From contig MU006093.1 of NCBI GenBank assembly GCA_010093705.1, forward strand, positions 889,301 through 953,300: a stretch of 64,000 bases of DNA. Direction: 5' to 3'. The notes under the pieces were generated by a model, which saw only the letters and a list, made by a program, of their open reading frames with translations, was not told the DNA's origin and searched no databases. Below, piece after piece: positions 1-13,300 of the stretch. The DNA is from Patellaria atrata CBS 101060 (Eukaryota). The number at the start of each line of letters is the position of its first letter. Position 1 is the stretch's first letter. Position numbers and translations under genes: made by a program.

Positions 1-933
1 TTGGAAGCGGGAAGATCTAGAGGGCCTCTCCCTGGGACTGCCCTCACCCGAAACGACAGCTATATGAGCGATGGTAGTTATCCGGATGAGAAAGCAGGAT
101 ATGTTCATACGTAAGACCTAATTCCTTCCTTTGGACGCTTATTTGGTTAACGAAATTTCAGCACTGTTCACCCCGTTGAAAATCCGTTCGAAACGAAAGA
201 TGGAGAGCTTCCCTCTGAGATGCCAGCATGGTTTGTCGCATTCTACAAACAATATGTTCGCCAACGTGACGAGCTTATTGCAATGGTCACGCGAGTACCC
301 AGTTATACACCCGATCCACAACCCCAAGCTTATCCCGCTGTCTCAAGTTTTGATCGTGATGAAGAAGGATGGGTTGATCCTCTTGTTCTTAAGAAGATGA
401 ACCTGAACATTACCCTTCTTGAAGGTGGTATTCTTTTCCACTCAATTTTCGTTGGCATGACGATCTCAATAACAAGTGAGGGCTTCATCATCCTCCTCAT
501 TGCTATTCTCTTCCACCAATTCTTCGAAGGTCTTGGTCTTGGTTCTCGCATTGCAGAGGTCCCCTATCCAAAGAAGAGCCCGAGGCCTTGGATTCTTGTT
601 GTTGCCTTTGGCACCACATGCCCCATTGGTCAAGTCATCGGACTCGTGACGAGAAATAGCTATGATCCAAGCAGTGCCTTCGCCCTCATTCTTGTCGGAG
701 TCTTCAATGCTATGTAAGCTAACTCAACAAGTATGTTGATCCCTGTGGTCGAGACTAACATTCACTTTAGATCTTCTGGCCTCCTGATCTACGCTGCTTT
801 GGTGGACTTGCTCCAGGAAGATTTCCTTTCCGAGGAGGCTAACCGCACCCTTTCGGGCAAGGATAAGATCGTTGCGTTTCTCATTTTGCTCCTCGGCGCC
901 CTTGGTATGGCTATCGTCGGTGCTTTCGCATAG
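1..933 (+). CDS. ZIP-family (Zrt/Irt) zinc/iron transporter, 3' part; 5' end lies outside the window
   Basis: ZIP motifs LEGGILFHSIFVG, LFHQFFEGLGLG and SSGLLIYAALVDLL. Frame-consistent GT-AG introns 111-161 and 714-770. Confidence 0.9.
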
Positions 934-2269
934 ACCATGTCAGTGGATAGCCTTCGAGTTGCATATAAGATAACACGGTCTTTGTTCATCTATTCACTAT
1001 GTATATTACTTTCCAAGAAAATGGATCAGAAAAAGATGGAATATTGGACACTACTACGCACAAATTACCGGCTCGTGTTGGATCAAGCCGAAGCAATCGT
1101 TTATCATTCTCTCCATCTATGTTCAAGGCGTCGGGCGATTGCGGGAAATTAATGATGATGACTATATATAAAGAGTAGAGTCGATCGCTTCTCACGCCAT
1201 GACTGTTGCTCCACTACACTAGGAGCTGTATGGAGTATTTGACCAATCTCGACAGAGGCTCTTCAGGGCGTATATAGCCCCTGTACGGCGTTGGGAGTGG
1301 TTCCCGTCAGCTATCTATCACGCGTTAGAGAAATGACAATCATGTCAGCCTTTTCAACTTTCTATATAGACAAATGTGCTTAGGCGCAGTGGGAATTAGT
1401 AGGCTAAATGCACCATCATCTCCCAAGCCATGCACTATGTTTCATGTCGACAGATTGGTGTCAGGAACAATTGAGGCACAACCCCGCACACTCACTCTCG
1501 ATCCACTTCCCCGGAATATCTACGCGAAGCCGCTCTCAAAACGGACGACCAGATTTCAACCTCAATCTAATCCTCTGAGCGAATTGTGTGATATTGGGCC
1601 ACGCCGGAAATATTGTTACTGCTTTCCGCAGAGATACTCCTGACGATATCTATTAGAGATATGTTTTCCTCCCTCGCCAGGATCGTCTTGATAGCTACAT
1701 ATCTCCAAACAACTCCAGTTACTGAGAAACCCGATGGCTTATTGTCCATAACGGGAAGATTTCAAGGAGGCTCTGCATGCACGATGTTATCGTCTATATC
1801 CCTACTGCTTGGCCCTTCTGTCAGGAACTCCCGGGATCGGTAGTCAATGTGACCCGGTTCAAGAGGTGATCGATATGAATATCCCACTTGGCTTTCTGTT
1901 CAGTTGGGTGGATGGCAGTTTTTCGCCGAGCTCATTGGATTTCGGCTATTGTCAGCAATCTGAGAGCGTTTAAAATGTGTTCTGGAAGATGAAGAAATTA
2001 GATGAGGTGGTCCTGCCCGTTCATATATATCGAAATCCACATGGAACGTATCTGACAACGGCTCAACTCGGATTGGTCCGTGAATAGATGGATAGATACC
2101 CATGTCCACCGCGTGTCCTGGGAACATCAATGGAATCTATATTTTCTATGATGAAAGATGTAAAATATGATGATGCCCAGGAGACCGACTATAAAGGTTC
2201 AGCTTGCTCCAAAACGTAATGTAGACAGTGACAGTCGAACAACGAACTTACTACACTCCTTTGTCCAAT

Positions 2270-4795
2270 ATGAGAGTATCCAGTGTAGCTGCCGGTCTTG
2301 CGGCATTGGCTAGCCTCGGTTAGTGTATGAAGGGAAATACTAAAGTCAATTGCTTATAAAGTCAGTTCATGGCCAAACGTACAAATACTGCGATGCCGTC
2401 GGTATCTGCTACGCAGGGTACACCACCGAACAAGGGATACAGTATGGTGTCGCCATCCCTGCCGGTAGGGAACCGCCATTCCAGATTATACTTCAGATCG
2501 CGGCACCAAAGTCAGTGGGTTGGGCTGGAATAGCATGGCAAGGGACTATGGCCTACAACCCTCTGGCTGTTGCATGGCCCAACGGTGATTCAGACGTAGT
2601 TGTCTCGTCTAGAATGGCATAGTATGTCCATATCTTCGCTCTAAATGGGAATCAAGCTGAATGTTGATAGTGGTCTATCACTCCCGCAACCGTATCCTGA
2701 TGCTACATATACGGAGCTCAAAGGAACTGGTCAAAATGCCACCCATTGGACCCTCACAACGCTTTGCGAGGGTTGCAGTGCTTTCTTAGATGTCAATGGT
2801 GGTGACTACATGATTCCCACCACAGGAGAAGCTCGTCTTGCGTGGGCACAGTCTGCAGAGCAGGTTATTGAACCAGCCAACAATGAAAGCGCTTTCTTTG
2901 CGCACGACACGTTCGGCAAATGGGGTCATGACATGGCTATGGCCCAGAGCCCTGATTTTGACGCATGGGTGGCAGCATATTCCCCAGGTGGTGAGCCTTC
3001 ACCGTTTCCTAGTAATAGCTCAGTTGAGGGCAGTTCCCTGATCAGTGACTCCTCTTCAAACAGCCAACCAATCAGTAGTCCTCCGACGTCGTCCACGTCG
3101 GTCGCTACCCCTATTTTAATCTCCAGTTCGACCCCCAGCTCCACTTCGAGAACCACTCGTAGGGTCATCTCTCCAAGACCACCATCTACCACCATTTTGA
3201 GTTCTACGGCACAAGTAACATCGACGCTTAGCTTAAGTTCCACAGCACAAGCAACATCTACCGTTCCCTCAAGTTCTACAGTACAAGCGACATCTACCGT
3301 TCCTTCAAGTTCTACGAGAAATCCTAGTTCCACACGAATTATAACAACCACTCGGAGGTCGACGACTTCCAGAAGACCGACAACTACACTGACATTGGAA
3401 CCAACATCTACACGAAGCCGACTTTTTCCATGGTTACCAACGCCAACAACTACACGAAGGATAACCTTGCCAACATTACCAACATTACCAATATTACCGT
3501 GGGGTAAACGGTTCCCGAGTCCTGCCGCGGTTCGGCCAAATGATTTCTCTCGTGCTGCTGCCATACCGGAATCATGTCCAGGGACTGCAAGTCCACGTTT
3601 TCCTGGTTCGGTTGCGGAAGGATGGAGGGCCACAAAGGTTAAGGGTAGTCTACGATCTCCGAGAACTGTCATTTCGGACCCACTTGGAAATCTTCTAGTC
3701 ATTGAAAATGGAAAAGGCATTACTGCGCACAAACTTGACGCGAATGGGTGCATAGTTGAAAGTAAGGACCTTGTGCGCCAATTTAACCTTAACCATGGCC
3801 TTACCCTTACCCCTGACGGTAAGAGCTTGTATGCCAGCTCTATGACGCAGGTCTTAAGATGGACCTATGACCCTGCGACCATGTCCGTAGTCGGTGGCTC
3901 CACCATCGTCGTCAAAACTATGTATAGTGGTGGACATCCCACACGATCCGTATATGTCCCTCCCCATCTCCCCAATCTGCTTCTCATCTCTCACGGCTCG
4001 AATGACAACTGGGACTACGGTGCCGGGGACAAGACCGTCGGGCGTTCCGTCATCAAAGCCTTCGACATGACCTCCGTCCCTACCGGCGGCCACGCTTACA
4101 ACAGCACCGGCTATCTGACCGGTTGGGGTCTCCGCAACACTGTCGGCCTCACCTTTGACGGCAACAACATGCTCTGGGGCGTGGAGAACAGCATGGATGA
4201 GCTCAAGCGCACGGGACCCTCCGGTGTCGCGCTCGATATCCACATCGACAACCCAGCCGACGAGCTCAACTACATCGGCGACGTGAGCAAGCCGAACGAG
4301 GATTGGTACGGCTACCCGACCTGCTTCACCGTCTGGGCCCCCGAGAGCATCGTCGACCGTAACTTCACGGTAGGCGACCAGTTCGTAGCCGCGCCCAACG
4401 CGACCTTCGACGACGACACGTGCAGGAACATGTCGGTGCCGGCCAAACTCAGCTTCCAGGCCCACTCGGCTCCGCTCGACCTCAAGTTCGACAAGGCGTT
4501 CGAGAACCTCTACGTCGCGTTTCACGGGAGCTGGAATAGGGTACCCAGCACCGGCTTCAAGGTCGTGCAGATCCCGTTCCACAAGGACGCCGCGGGTAAT
4601 TATAACCCCGTCGCGAGCCCGCATAGCAATTCGGGGTATACGGATATCTGGTGGAATACGAATACGACGGTGTGTAATCCATCGACGCAGTGCTTCAGGC
4701 CGGTGGGCTTGCATTTCGACACTCAGACGGAGAGGATGTATGTTACGAGTGATGCTGCTATGGAGGGGGAGCTGTGGGTGCTGGGTAAGATTTGA
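2270..4795 (+). CDS. Secreted AA8 (CDH-type cytochrome b) + Ser/Thr linker + AA12 PQQ-dependent sugar dehydrogenase
   Basis: Signal peptide MRVSSVAAGLAALASLVHG. Introns 2319-2365 and 2622-2670 join in frame. Cytochrome domain GWAGIAW..GTM..NPLAVAWP, HWTLTTLCEGC, FFAHD. AA12 motifs GHPTR, GLRN, NPADELN, AHSAPLD, FHGSWNR, CFRPVGL. Confidence 0.85.
3200..3316 (+). repeat. Coding tandem repeat, about 3 x 36 bp (SST[AV]Q[VA]TST[LV][SP][LS]), in the linker
   Basis: agttctacggcacaagtaacatcgacg.. / agttccacagcacaagcaacatctacc.. / agttctacagtacaagcgacatctacc.. Confidence 0.85.
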
Positions 4796-5481
4796 TAATT
4801 TTTAGAATTTTCTAGAACTAGAAAAGGATAGATTTATTTTAGGTGGGAGGGTGGTTTGTAGGCCTTTGTTTTTCTTCTTGTTTGGGATTGGGGATAGATA
4901 TGGTAGAGTCCAGTAGACAGTAGAATTGTATTGGTACACCGAGATATTTTTTTTCCTCTGTACCACGCATTCTTGCTATTCTATTACCCGATTAGGAAGT
5001 TCTTACAACCTTGATTTTGTTGTAAAACTGATCCTGAATCAGAATTGGTGTACAGTACCGTATACGGGTTTACTTATACTCGAGCAGATTAGTATACTTA
5101 CGGCGCGACTATGAGCAAACTGGCGACTGCGAAATATTTTGAAGCAAGACTGACCACTCCTAAGATATAGGGGAGCGAAACTTGCCAGAAGCACGGCCAA
5201 GAAAGTCCGCATGCGCTCAGGGCGGTTGGAAATACAATATTCCAACTTCTTAGGTGGGTACCGTTCGTCTGTACTTCATATGTCAAAGTTAGCGGAGCGA
5301 TCTGTACGGGGGTTCACACGATCTCACAACATCACGGAAGGCAAATATAGGTAAAGTTGTACAGCGCGTACATTACGAATGAATATTTTGAGGAAAAAAC
5401 CCATATTTCCTGAACGCCATGCTGAGGGTCCAAATGGGAGACATATATACAGTACGACACACGGCACCCACTCCTCTCGCT

Positions 5482-8400
5482 CTATACAGCCTGTACCTTC
5501 CGATAACTAGGCGGCCTCAACGTCCTCCCTAGCACCTTACCCGCATACGGCGGGACCAGCGCAACAGCCGCGATGACCGCGACCCTCCACACAAACGCGA
5601 CGCTCGCGACGTAGCCAAGATCGAAATAGTCGCCTAGAAACGGGACGCTGCCGAAATAGACAGCCGCGGTGCCAAGGATGGAGAAGATCATGACGGGATG
5701 CCAAGTCGTGATCTCGGCGGCGACCATCACGAGCTCGTTGAGGACGAGGACGGTAAAGCTGACCGAGACCATTTTCTTACCGACGGTGGTTTCTTCCGGG
5801 TTGACGCCGACGAGGATCTGGGAGAGGCCTTGGATGATGGAGCCTTGGTAGATGGAGACGAAGACCCAGATGAAGAAGGTGCGGTAGCTGAGGGATTTGC
5901 CTGTCGTCAGTTCTTTGTAAAGTTCTGGGTAGAGGTTTGCGAGGGGTTCGTCGACGTCGCGGTCGAGGACGAGGGAGAAGACGGGCGCCATTGTGTAGAC
6001 TGTTGCGTAGCCGACGAGGAGCCAATCCTGTGAATTCTCTGTTAGATACTGATGCTCTGGGGGATTACTGACGGGATTTGCTTACCCTGTATAAAGCGTG
6101 CGGTTCGAATCTCGTTGCTATGCTGTACAGCGTTTGGCAGACGCTGATTATCAAACCACGATGGATGACGAATTGGGCTAGTTTGGCACTGCGCTTGTAG
6201 CTGTTGCGCCCATGCCAGACCAGAAGTTTGGTCAGGTAACAGAACTGCTCGATGGAGAAATCTGCAGCGAGACTGGCTTGTCGACCTTCTTTTCCGACGA
6301 TGCCGACGCCAACGTCGGCGGCTTGAATCATCGACACATCGTTACCACCGTCGCCTATACAGCATACACGCTTCTTCGTGTACTCTCGGATCAGTTTGGC
6401 GACGTCTGCTTTCTGGGTAGGAGAGCAACGACAAGCCACTACTGCGGGCAGACGAACGGCGATGGAGATGAAGGCGTCACGGTGATGCGCTAGCATGAGT
6501 GCAAGCGACTCGCCATCAATGAGGAGACAGGAATCCGGTTTGCCTCGTAGGAAGTCGAGGGAGTCGTGCGCTAAATCCTTACGTTTTAATTTTGCAATAG
6601 TGTGGACGTATTGTCCACGGGCGACGAGTTTAGAGCTGACTGCAACACAGCGCGCCGTTTCCACCTTATCGCCTGTCAGCATCCATATTTTGATCCCTGC
6701 ATTACGTAGTAACTCAAGTGCTGGTTTGACGTCGCGTTGAAGTTTGTCTTCGACGCCGGTTACCCCGAGTAGTTCTAGGTCGTGCTCGAGGAACTCTTTT
6801 ACTATCGCAGCCATAGCAGCATCTCTACCCTGGAGGGATAACGATGCCTGGGTATGCTGGTTGGAGAATTCACGATATTGTTGTGCGGAGAGCTTCTTAC
6901 GGCCTACAACAAGGGTACGCAGACCTTCTCTTGCCATATTCGCAGTTTCTTCGTCCAACCAGTCGTTTGTGGCGACAATTGTTGTCATCACTGTGTCTGC
7001 ACCTTTCTGATAGAACCAGATCTCGCTATCATCGGTGATGGACTCAGTGTCGGAGCTGGTGCCATTTGAGAACTGCACGATGATACCCATCCTTTTACCT
7101 TCTGATGTGAAAGGAAAGACATTTAATATTCGTACCCGTACAGCAGCCTTGCCGGTCTGTGCCGATTGAAGAGTCATCCTGTGCCGGTCCCGATGGAGAA
7201 GCCGGAGACCGACCAATTCCGTCCAACGTACAATGGCAATCTCATCCGGGGACGAGGCTTGATATGTCGTGATGGGTTTGCCGTTCTCCTCCTCAGTAGT
7301 GGGTGTGACATTGTGGCATAGTGCGAGAGCCAGCACCAGATCTCGAACACGTGACCCAATTTCTCTCCTTGTTCTTTTGGCTGATGTAGTTGGGACATAA
7401 GCTGAAGAAGGAGTGATAAGTACGGACGAATCGGAGTTGGAAGAGGCAAGACCTTGACGGACATATGAAGATACTTCTTCCATAGCTTCGTTAGCATAAG
7501 ACACTGTTCCTACATGTATCTTTTTCAATTCCATCTCATTCTGAGTTAGCGTTCCAGTCTTGTCACTTAGGATATATTCGACTCGACCCAGATCTTCCGG
7601 AATCGTGCTCGTTCGCACAACGGTGCCAGGGATTCCTTGATCCTTCTCGATGAAGCGTGCATATACCGATTTGCCCATGTCAAGATTGACCCTCAAACTG
7701 ATAGGTACAATCGTAGAGAACAGAATCAAGAATCGCATCACGGAGACATACCAACGTTTCCCATCTTCCGCTTCAAAGCCTTTCAGGGCGACCAAGATGA
7801 ACGAAAGAGCCAAGGTTAGGAAGCATAGAATTTTTGTTAAGGAGTTAATCTCATACTCTAGCAGACCTGTCTTTGAGCGTGAGGGAGATGTTGATAATGC
7901 TTGACGAGTTTGAGAGCCAGTATAAACGACCACAGCTAGAACTGTACAACTAGATGCAAGCACAGTATTTGCCCATGCGGTGTTGTCGATTATGAGAGCT
8001 GCGGAGTTCACTTGGCCTGAGGTCTCATTTCCTCTTTCGGCATCAAGATGTGGGTCGTAGCCGGGCTTTTTGTAAGGTAGTAATTCTATGGTCCCTACAA
8101 AGTCGTTCACTTTCTTATCTGGCTTTCCTGCGGTGATACGTAGTCTTGTATATTCGCTAACGTCCAGATTCTGGGACATTGGAGATGCAAGACGAAGCTT
8201 CCAGTCAGTCTCGCCGTCAAGTTGATCGGTACGAATAAATGCTTCCCCTCCAGAGTTCGCTTGACTTTTGGCTTCTTGTGAGGTTGGAGCTTGAAGTTTG
8301 ATATCAATATTCCCCTTGGAACCTTCTGCATCAGGATCAATCAAAAGAGATGGTGACTGGGGATGCTCCGAAGGACTGGTCTCGGTAGTCGCGCTGTTTA

Positions 8401-9514
8401 AAGTCTCAGAGTAACTCTTGAGGATAACCATGTCTGCCGGAACTCTTTGATCTTTATTTAATTTAACAACGTCGCCAACCTTCAAGTCTCTAGAAAGCTT
8501 GACAACCTCCCTAATCCGAGACGTGGGGGCGTCCTTGTCGTCCAATCGTCGCTCCTCGTCTTCAATGTCCGTCAATCGACTTCCCATGTCCTGTTTCTTC
8601 TTTCCTTTCCGTAACCTCCGTCGCTTCTCTGACTCTGTCGTTGGTGGTGATGCTCCCAGGCCAGTTTTATCTTGCTCGAACTTCAATATTGTGTAGTTTT
8701 CCGAGTTAGCCTCCGTATCCCGACGCCGCCGCGTAATATCATCAATCGCCTCTTTTCCCAATGTTATAGTCAAAACAAACGCCAATGGAAAGATGTAAGT
8801 CGAAAGATATCCGATTCGCAATGCGGGTATAATTTGAGACAATGCTACGAGCAGAAAATACATGTTAAAGAAAAAGGAAAATTCATTATACAGTGTCCGT
8901 GGAAGAAAGCTCCAAGGGGTATATTTAGCATTAGAAACAGCGTTCGGAGGAAATCGTGTAGTTTGTATTTGGCCAACAGCAACCGTGCGAGTAGAACTTG
9001 GGTCATGTTCAGTATCAGCTTCGTCCCCTTCAAGAGTTCCCGAGAGATCTACGTTGGTCTTCGAGCCTGAAGATATGAAGCTGGGCAAACGAATGCGCGA
9101 GGTTATCCTCGATAGAGCACTCTGAGGTTGTCTATTCCGTCTCCATCCTTGATTTGTAGAAAGGAGCGGCGCATCGTCATTGCCTAGGGTTGAGCTCCCC
9201 GTTGACTGGCGCTTTGTATCTTCATCGTCATTCAACAGACCTTGAAGATCCTCCTCCGGGGGATATTCATCTTGCCGTCTGTTTCGCAAACGTCCCACTC
9301 GTAAGTTCCTAAGGGGAATTCTGGCGCCCAGCTGCTGAATACGGTGGCCATGTTCTTTAGATGTGCGCCTGGATGCTTGCCTTGAGGAGGAATCCCGGGC
9401 ACTCGACAATGTGAGAGGATCAAGTTCTCGTAGGTCGAGTTCGAGGTCGCTATCGTGGTCATCTGTGGGGGAATCCGGAGCGTTTGGTTGGTGATATTGA
9501 TGCGGAGCAGACAT
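5482..9514 (-). CDS. NEO1: P4-ATPase phospholipid flippase, Neo1/ATP9 class
   Basis: DGETDWKLR, DKTGTLTQN, TGDK and GDGGNDVSM motifs; C-terminal RPPSYRKV. Intron 6028-6085 joins ..ALYR to DWLLVGY.. Confidence 0.93.
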
Positions 9515-10329
9515 GCCTCATCGGGGGAGGCGGATGAAGTGTAGTTCTATGAGGGTGCGGATAATCAGGTAAACGGTCTAAGGTATGCTTATAGGAAGAA
9601 TATAGTGTGTTTTGAAGAAGGTGGTCCCTTTGTATTATATCAACTGGACCGGATAGATTTTTGTTTCAATCAAAGTTAGACTGCATCAGCTTCTTTTGTA
9701 TTGTACAAAAGGTACTACTGTACACGAGGCGCAAGCGGGTTGCGCGGCATTAGGTGACAAGTAACAAGCCTGACATGCACCCAAGAACGAGCGCCCAAAA
9801 CGGGTACCTCTTGCGGCCTTCTGGACCTTTTCTCGGGCGTTTGTTTGGGGGGTTTGCATCCTAAAGGGCCTAAAAGGGGGGCCCTGTTATCGGTACTATC
9901 GGGGGTCACGAAGCAGAATGACGCTAAGGGTCGAGATTTATGGATTTGTCCAATAGTTGCCCTTGTTCTAGAAAGGAGACAGAACACCAGAACAGGAGAT
10001 TGACATCTCATAGTTGGCATCATTGTGAACTCCGCATCGAAATGCAACTTTCCCATAACAATTTTTATTCTCTTTGCTTCCTGGTTTCTGCTGCTTGAGA
10101 CTTACGCTATATGTCGTCTCTATAATAAAACGTTCGATTCCTTACTGTGCGAGCTGGCGTTCAGTTCTTGTTCATAGGTACGACTCCTTCGGCTGCTCTC
10201 CTCAAGGGATGACGGGCGAACATATGGGCTACACTCGCGCTCAGGTTGTGACTATCGCGTTACGCGCATCGCTGACTTACGCGGACAGACTTTTTCTAGA
10301 TTCCGTGGATTCGTTCCAAGGCACTTACA

Positions 10330-13300
10330 ATGGCGAGCGACGACGAAGGACCAAACTTCTCTTACGCGTATAACGAGCGGTCATCGTGGAATCCAGCTTT
10401 ACGCCCAAATACAGATAGCGACCATATCTCGAAACAGTCATCAATAGAACACCAAGACCCTGCAGACCCTATACAAGATCCGGAATATCAGCTCGAGTCC
10501 TCGTCGCAAGGCGGAGACTTTCCTGGAAACCTTAGTAGAGCTTCTGCCGGGCTCGGCTTCGAACAACCAGAGATTCACGTAGAACAGGGCGACAACGACG
10601 AATCTTTTGGTCGTTATGGCGGATCAACTGATTCACGACCATCCATGGAACTTGTCGAAACTCGACGAGAAAGCTCTTCTCGAGATCTTGGACCCCAAGC
10701 ATCGAACAGTATACAAGGTGGCGAAACCGCATCATCTCGGGACACCGCCACCTCACCTCATATTTTTAGCACCGAATCGTCTTCTGTAGCTCAAAAAGCT
10801 TTGAATGAGGAAAAGGGAAACGGTTTGGAGGCCACTGAAAACACTGATGCGGTAGGACAGTCTTTAAACAGCGTGGAAGATGAACCTGCAAACCCTGCGG
10901 ATGGATACGAGTATCAGGGCGAAACCACGGCTCTAGAAGAGGCTGTTCAAGAAGATTCCAATGTTTCTTTGATAAATGATCCCGGTACACCAGCAGTCGA
11001 TTGGGGCAATTCTACGGAAGCCTTCGATATAGGCGCTTCAGATACAAGGGAGGAGGCCATCACTCAGAATACCGAGAGAGGTGGACTGGATGGTTTTCCG
11101 GATAATTACAACGAAGATCAGAAAAGAGAATCAGGACTAGACTGGGAAGCATCTGAAGAAGTGGACTTTAACTTTTCTGGTGAAGATAGGCTGAATTTGC
11201 AAGCCATTCAGGATATTGGACCGGATGCTACTAAGCCCTCTGATAAGAACGGAAGCAATGCTGTACAGGAACCTAAGCAGGAAGACCTCGACGCAATGTG
11301 GCAAGCTGCACTCGGGGATGACGAGCTTCTTGAGGATGATGAGGGGATGGATCCGTCTGCGTTCTTTGACGATGGCGAAGGTTTCCTCGAAGATCTTTCG
11401 ACCACCCTAGAAACCACAGCCCCTCCCGTTGGCGGTACAGTACCTACAACGAGCAAATATACACCAGCGACGACTCCAAGTACTGTATCACAAGCACAAA
11501 ATTCATACACTCATCATGGACCACAGTTTACGGACTTCTCTCAACTCAATCAGCAACCTGGGTTTCATAGTGGACGGACTTCATCGTACAATACTTACAC
11601 GCAAGCGAATATTTCCCAAAATCAGCCTATCAAACCGGCATTACCTACAGCGGAAAGCTTCGTTGCTAAGGCCAAAGGCGGATATAGCTCTCCATATGAC
11701 CTCCCCGAAGATCTTTCAAGACCATTACGAAAGCGTCCGACGATGCCGCCTATTTCGACGGCCTCATCTCCCGTGATAACCGCTCCACCGAGAAGTAGCA
11801 GTATCTCGAACGGTCCTCCCAGTGGGCCACCGCGATCAGGCACAATGAGTTCGATTATGTCTCCCCCTTCTTCTAGCCATTCTTCTCAGGTTCCTTTTCA
11901 GTCACCCCTGGCGAATGGTATGAATCCACCTTCTCAGCCTACTCCAAAATCAAGTAGCGAGTTCTTCGCAGACCTACCCATTGTTTCAAAGCCACGACCC
12001 ACGCCTCAACCAGGAAGATATGCCCCTCAAATAACTGCACCTACACCACCTATCCAGGGTCCACCTCAACATTCGCCGCCGCCCCAATTACCATTTGGTC
12101 AAGCACCGTTACCCGCGAATTCATCCTCATCATCATATATTTCACAGTTGCAGCGCAGTGACCCTTTACCCACTTTCCCTGATACGGAACAAGTTGGATT
12201 AGCTCCATTAACCCGCTCCTCAACAATGCCCGTACCTGCACCGCCAGCTCCCTCACGTTATTCTCCAGCCCCGTCCACAGTTTCCGCTGCTCCTGCACGA
12301 TACTCCCCTGCTCCTCCACCGGCGCCCCATGCAGCAGCAAGATACTCACCAGCACCTCCAAATCAGCCACCAGGAGTTTCTAACCACGCGAGATACCAGT
12401 CAGAACCGCCCGGTCCGCCAAAGATCCAAGCGCAACAATATACACCAAGAACCTCGAGTCCTCTGGCATATCATACCGCGTCTCAATCCGAAGATAACCA
12501 ACACTCACCTCCGCGCCCAAATTCCAGTGGACACGGATCAACCCGGTCTGAATCATATCGGAGTGCTTCTCGGTTTGCGGAACACGCACCATCTGTTGGA
12601 GGCGTTCCCCTTGCGCAACTACGAGAAGAAGGTGAACTAGATGCGAGTCAACCACCTCATATACTACAGCAGTATCATCAACCTCCCCCCCAAAGCGAGC
12701 GGTTAGCCACACCTCCACCTCCAAAGAGTGGTGCTTCATCTCTAGTTGGTTCTCCTCGAAGAAGAAACAATTACGCCCCAACGTCGGACACAGGTTTTGC
12801 TCCACCGAAACGTTCACAAACTCAGTCACCGAGTACTCTGATGCGAGGTCCGGGACCAATGTTCTCTATGGGGAGACCAGCATCGGTTCAGGATTTGACT
12901 TCGCCAACCTCAGTTACCAGTCACACGATGTCCTTACCCCATCGCCGTGGTTTTTCCCAGGAACGAAACTTCATCATACCAACTGATGAGCGCGGTAGTG
13001 ATACTCTCGAAAGATGGAAAGGGTATCCTATTTTCAAATGGGGCGTTGGCGGATCTGTTGTTACCACCTTTCCTAAACAGATTCCACGTTATGCGCCAGG
13101 CAGCACAGTACCTATGCTCAAATGTACACCGGGAGAAGTCAAGGTACAGTGTGTTAAAGACCTATTCCCACTCTCGGAAGCTGTGATCAAATTTCCCGGT
13201 CCGCTCAAACCAAAAGCTAAGAAAAAAGAGGTCTGTACCTGGGTTAAAGCGCGGATAGAGACACTGGAGCAAGAAGGACAGCATCTGTTCGGACATCAAC

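Noticed and set aside
2926..4714. Long antisense ORFs (275 and 286 aa) opposite the AA8-AA12 gene
   Set aside because: Shadow ORFs explained by the repetitive linker and high GC3 of the sense gene. The same applies to those opposite PMA1 and SEC16.
6095..6115. GGTTCGAATC tRNA T-loop-like sequence
   Set aside because: Inside the NEO1 coding sequence, with no cloverleaf.
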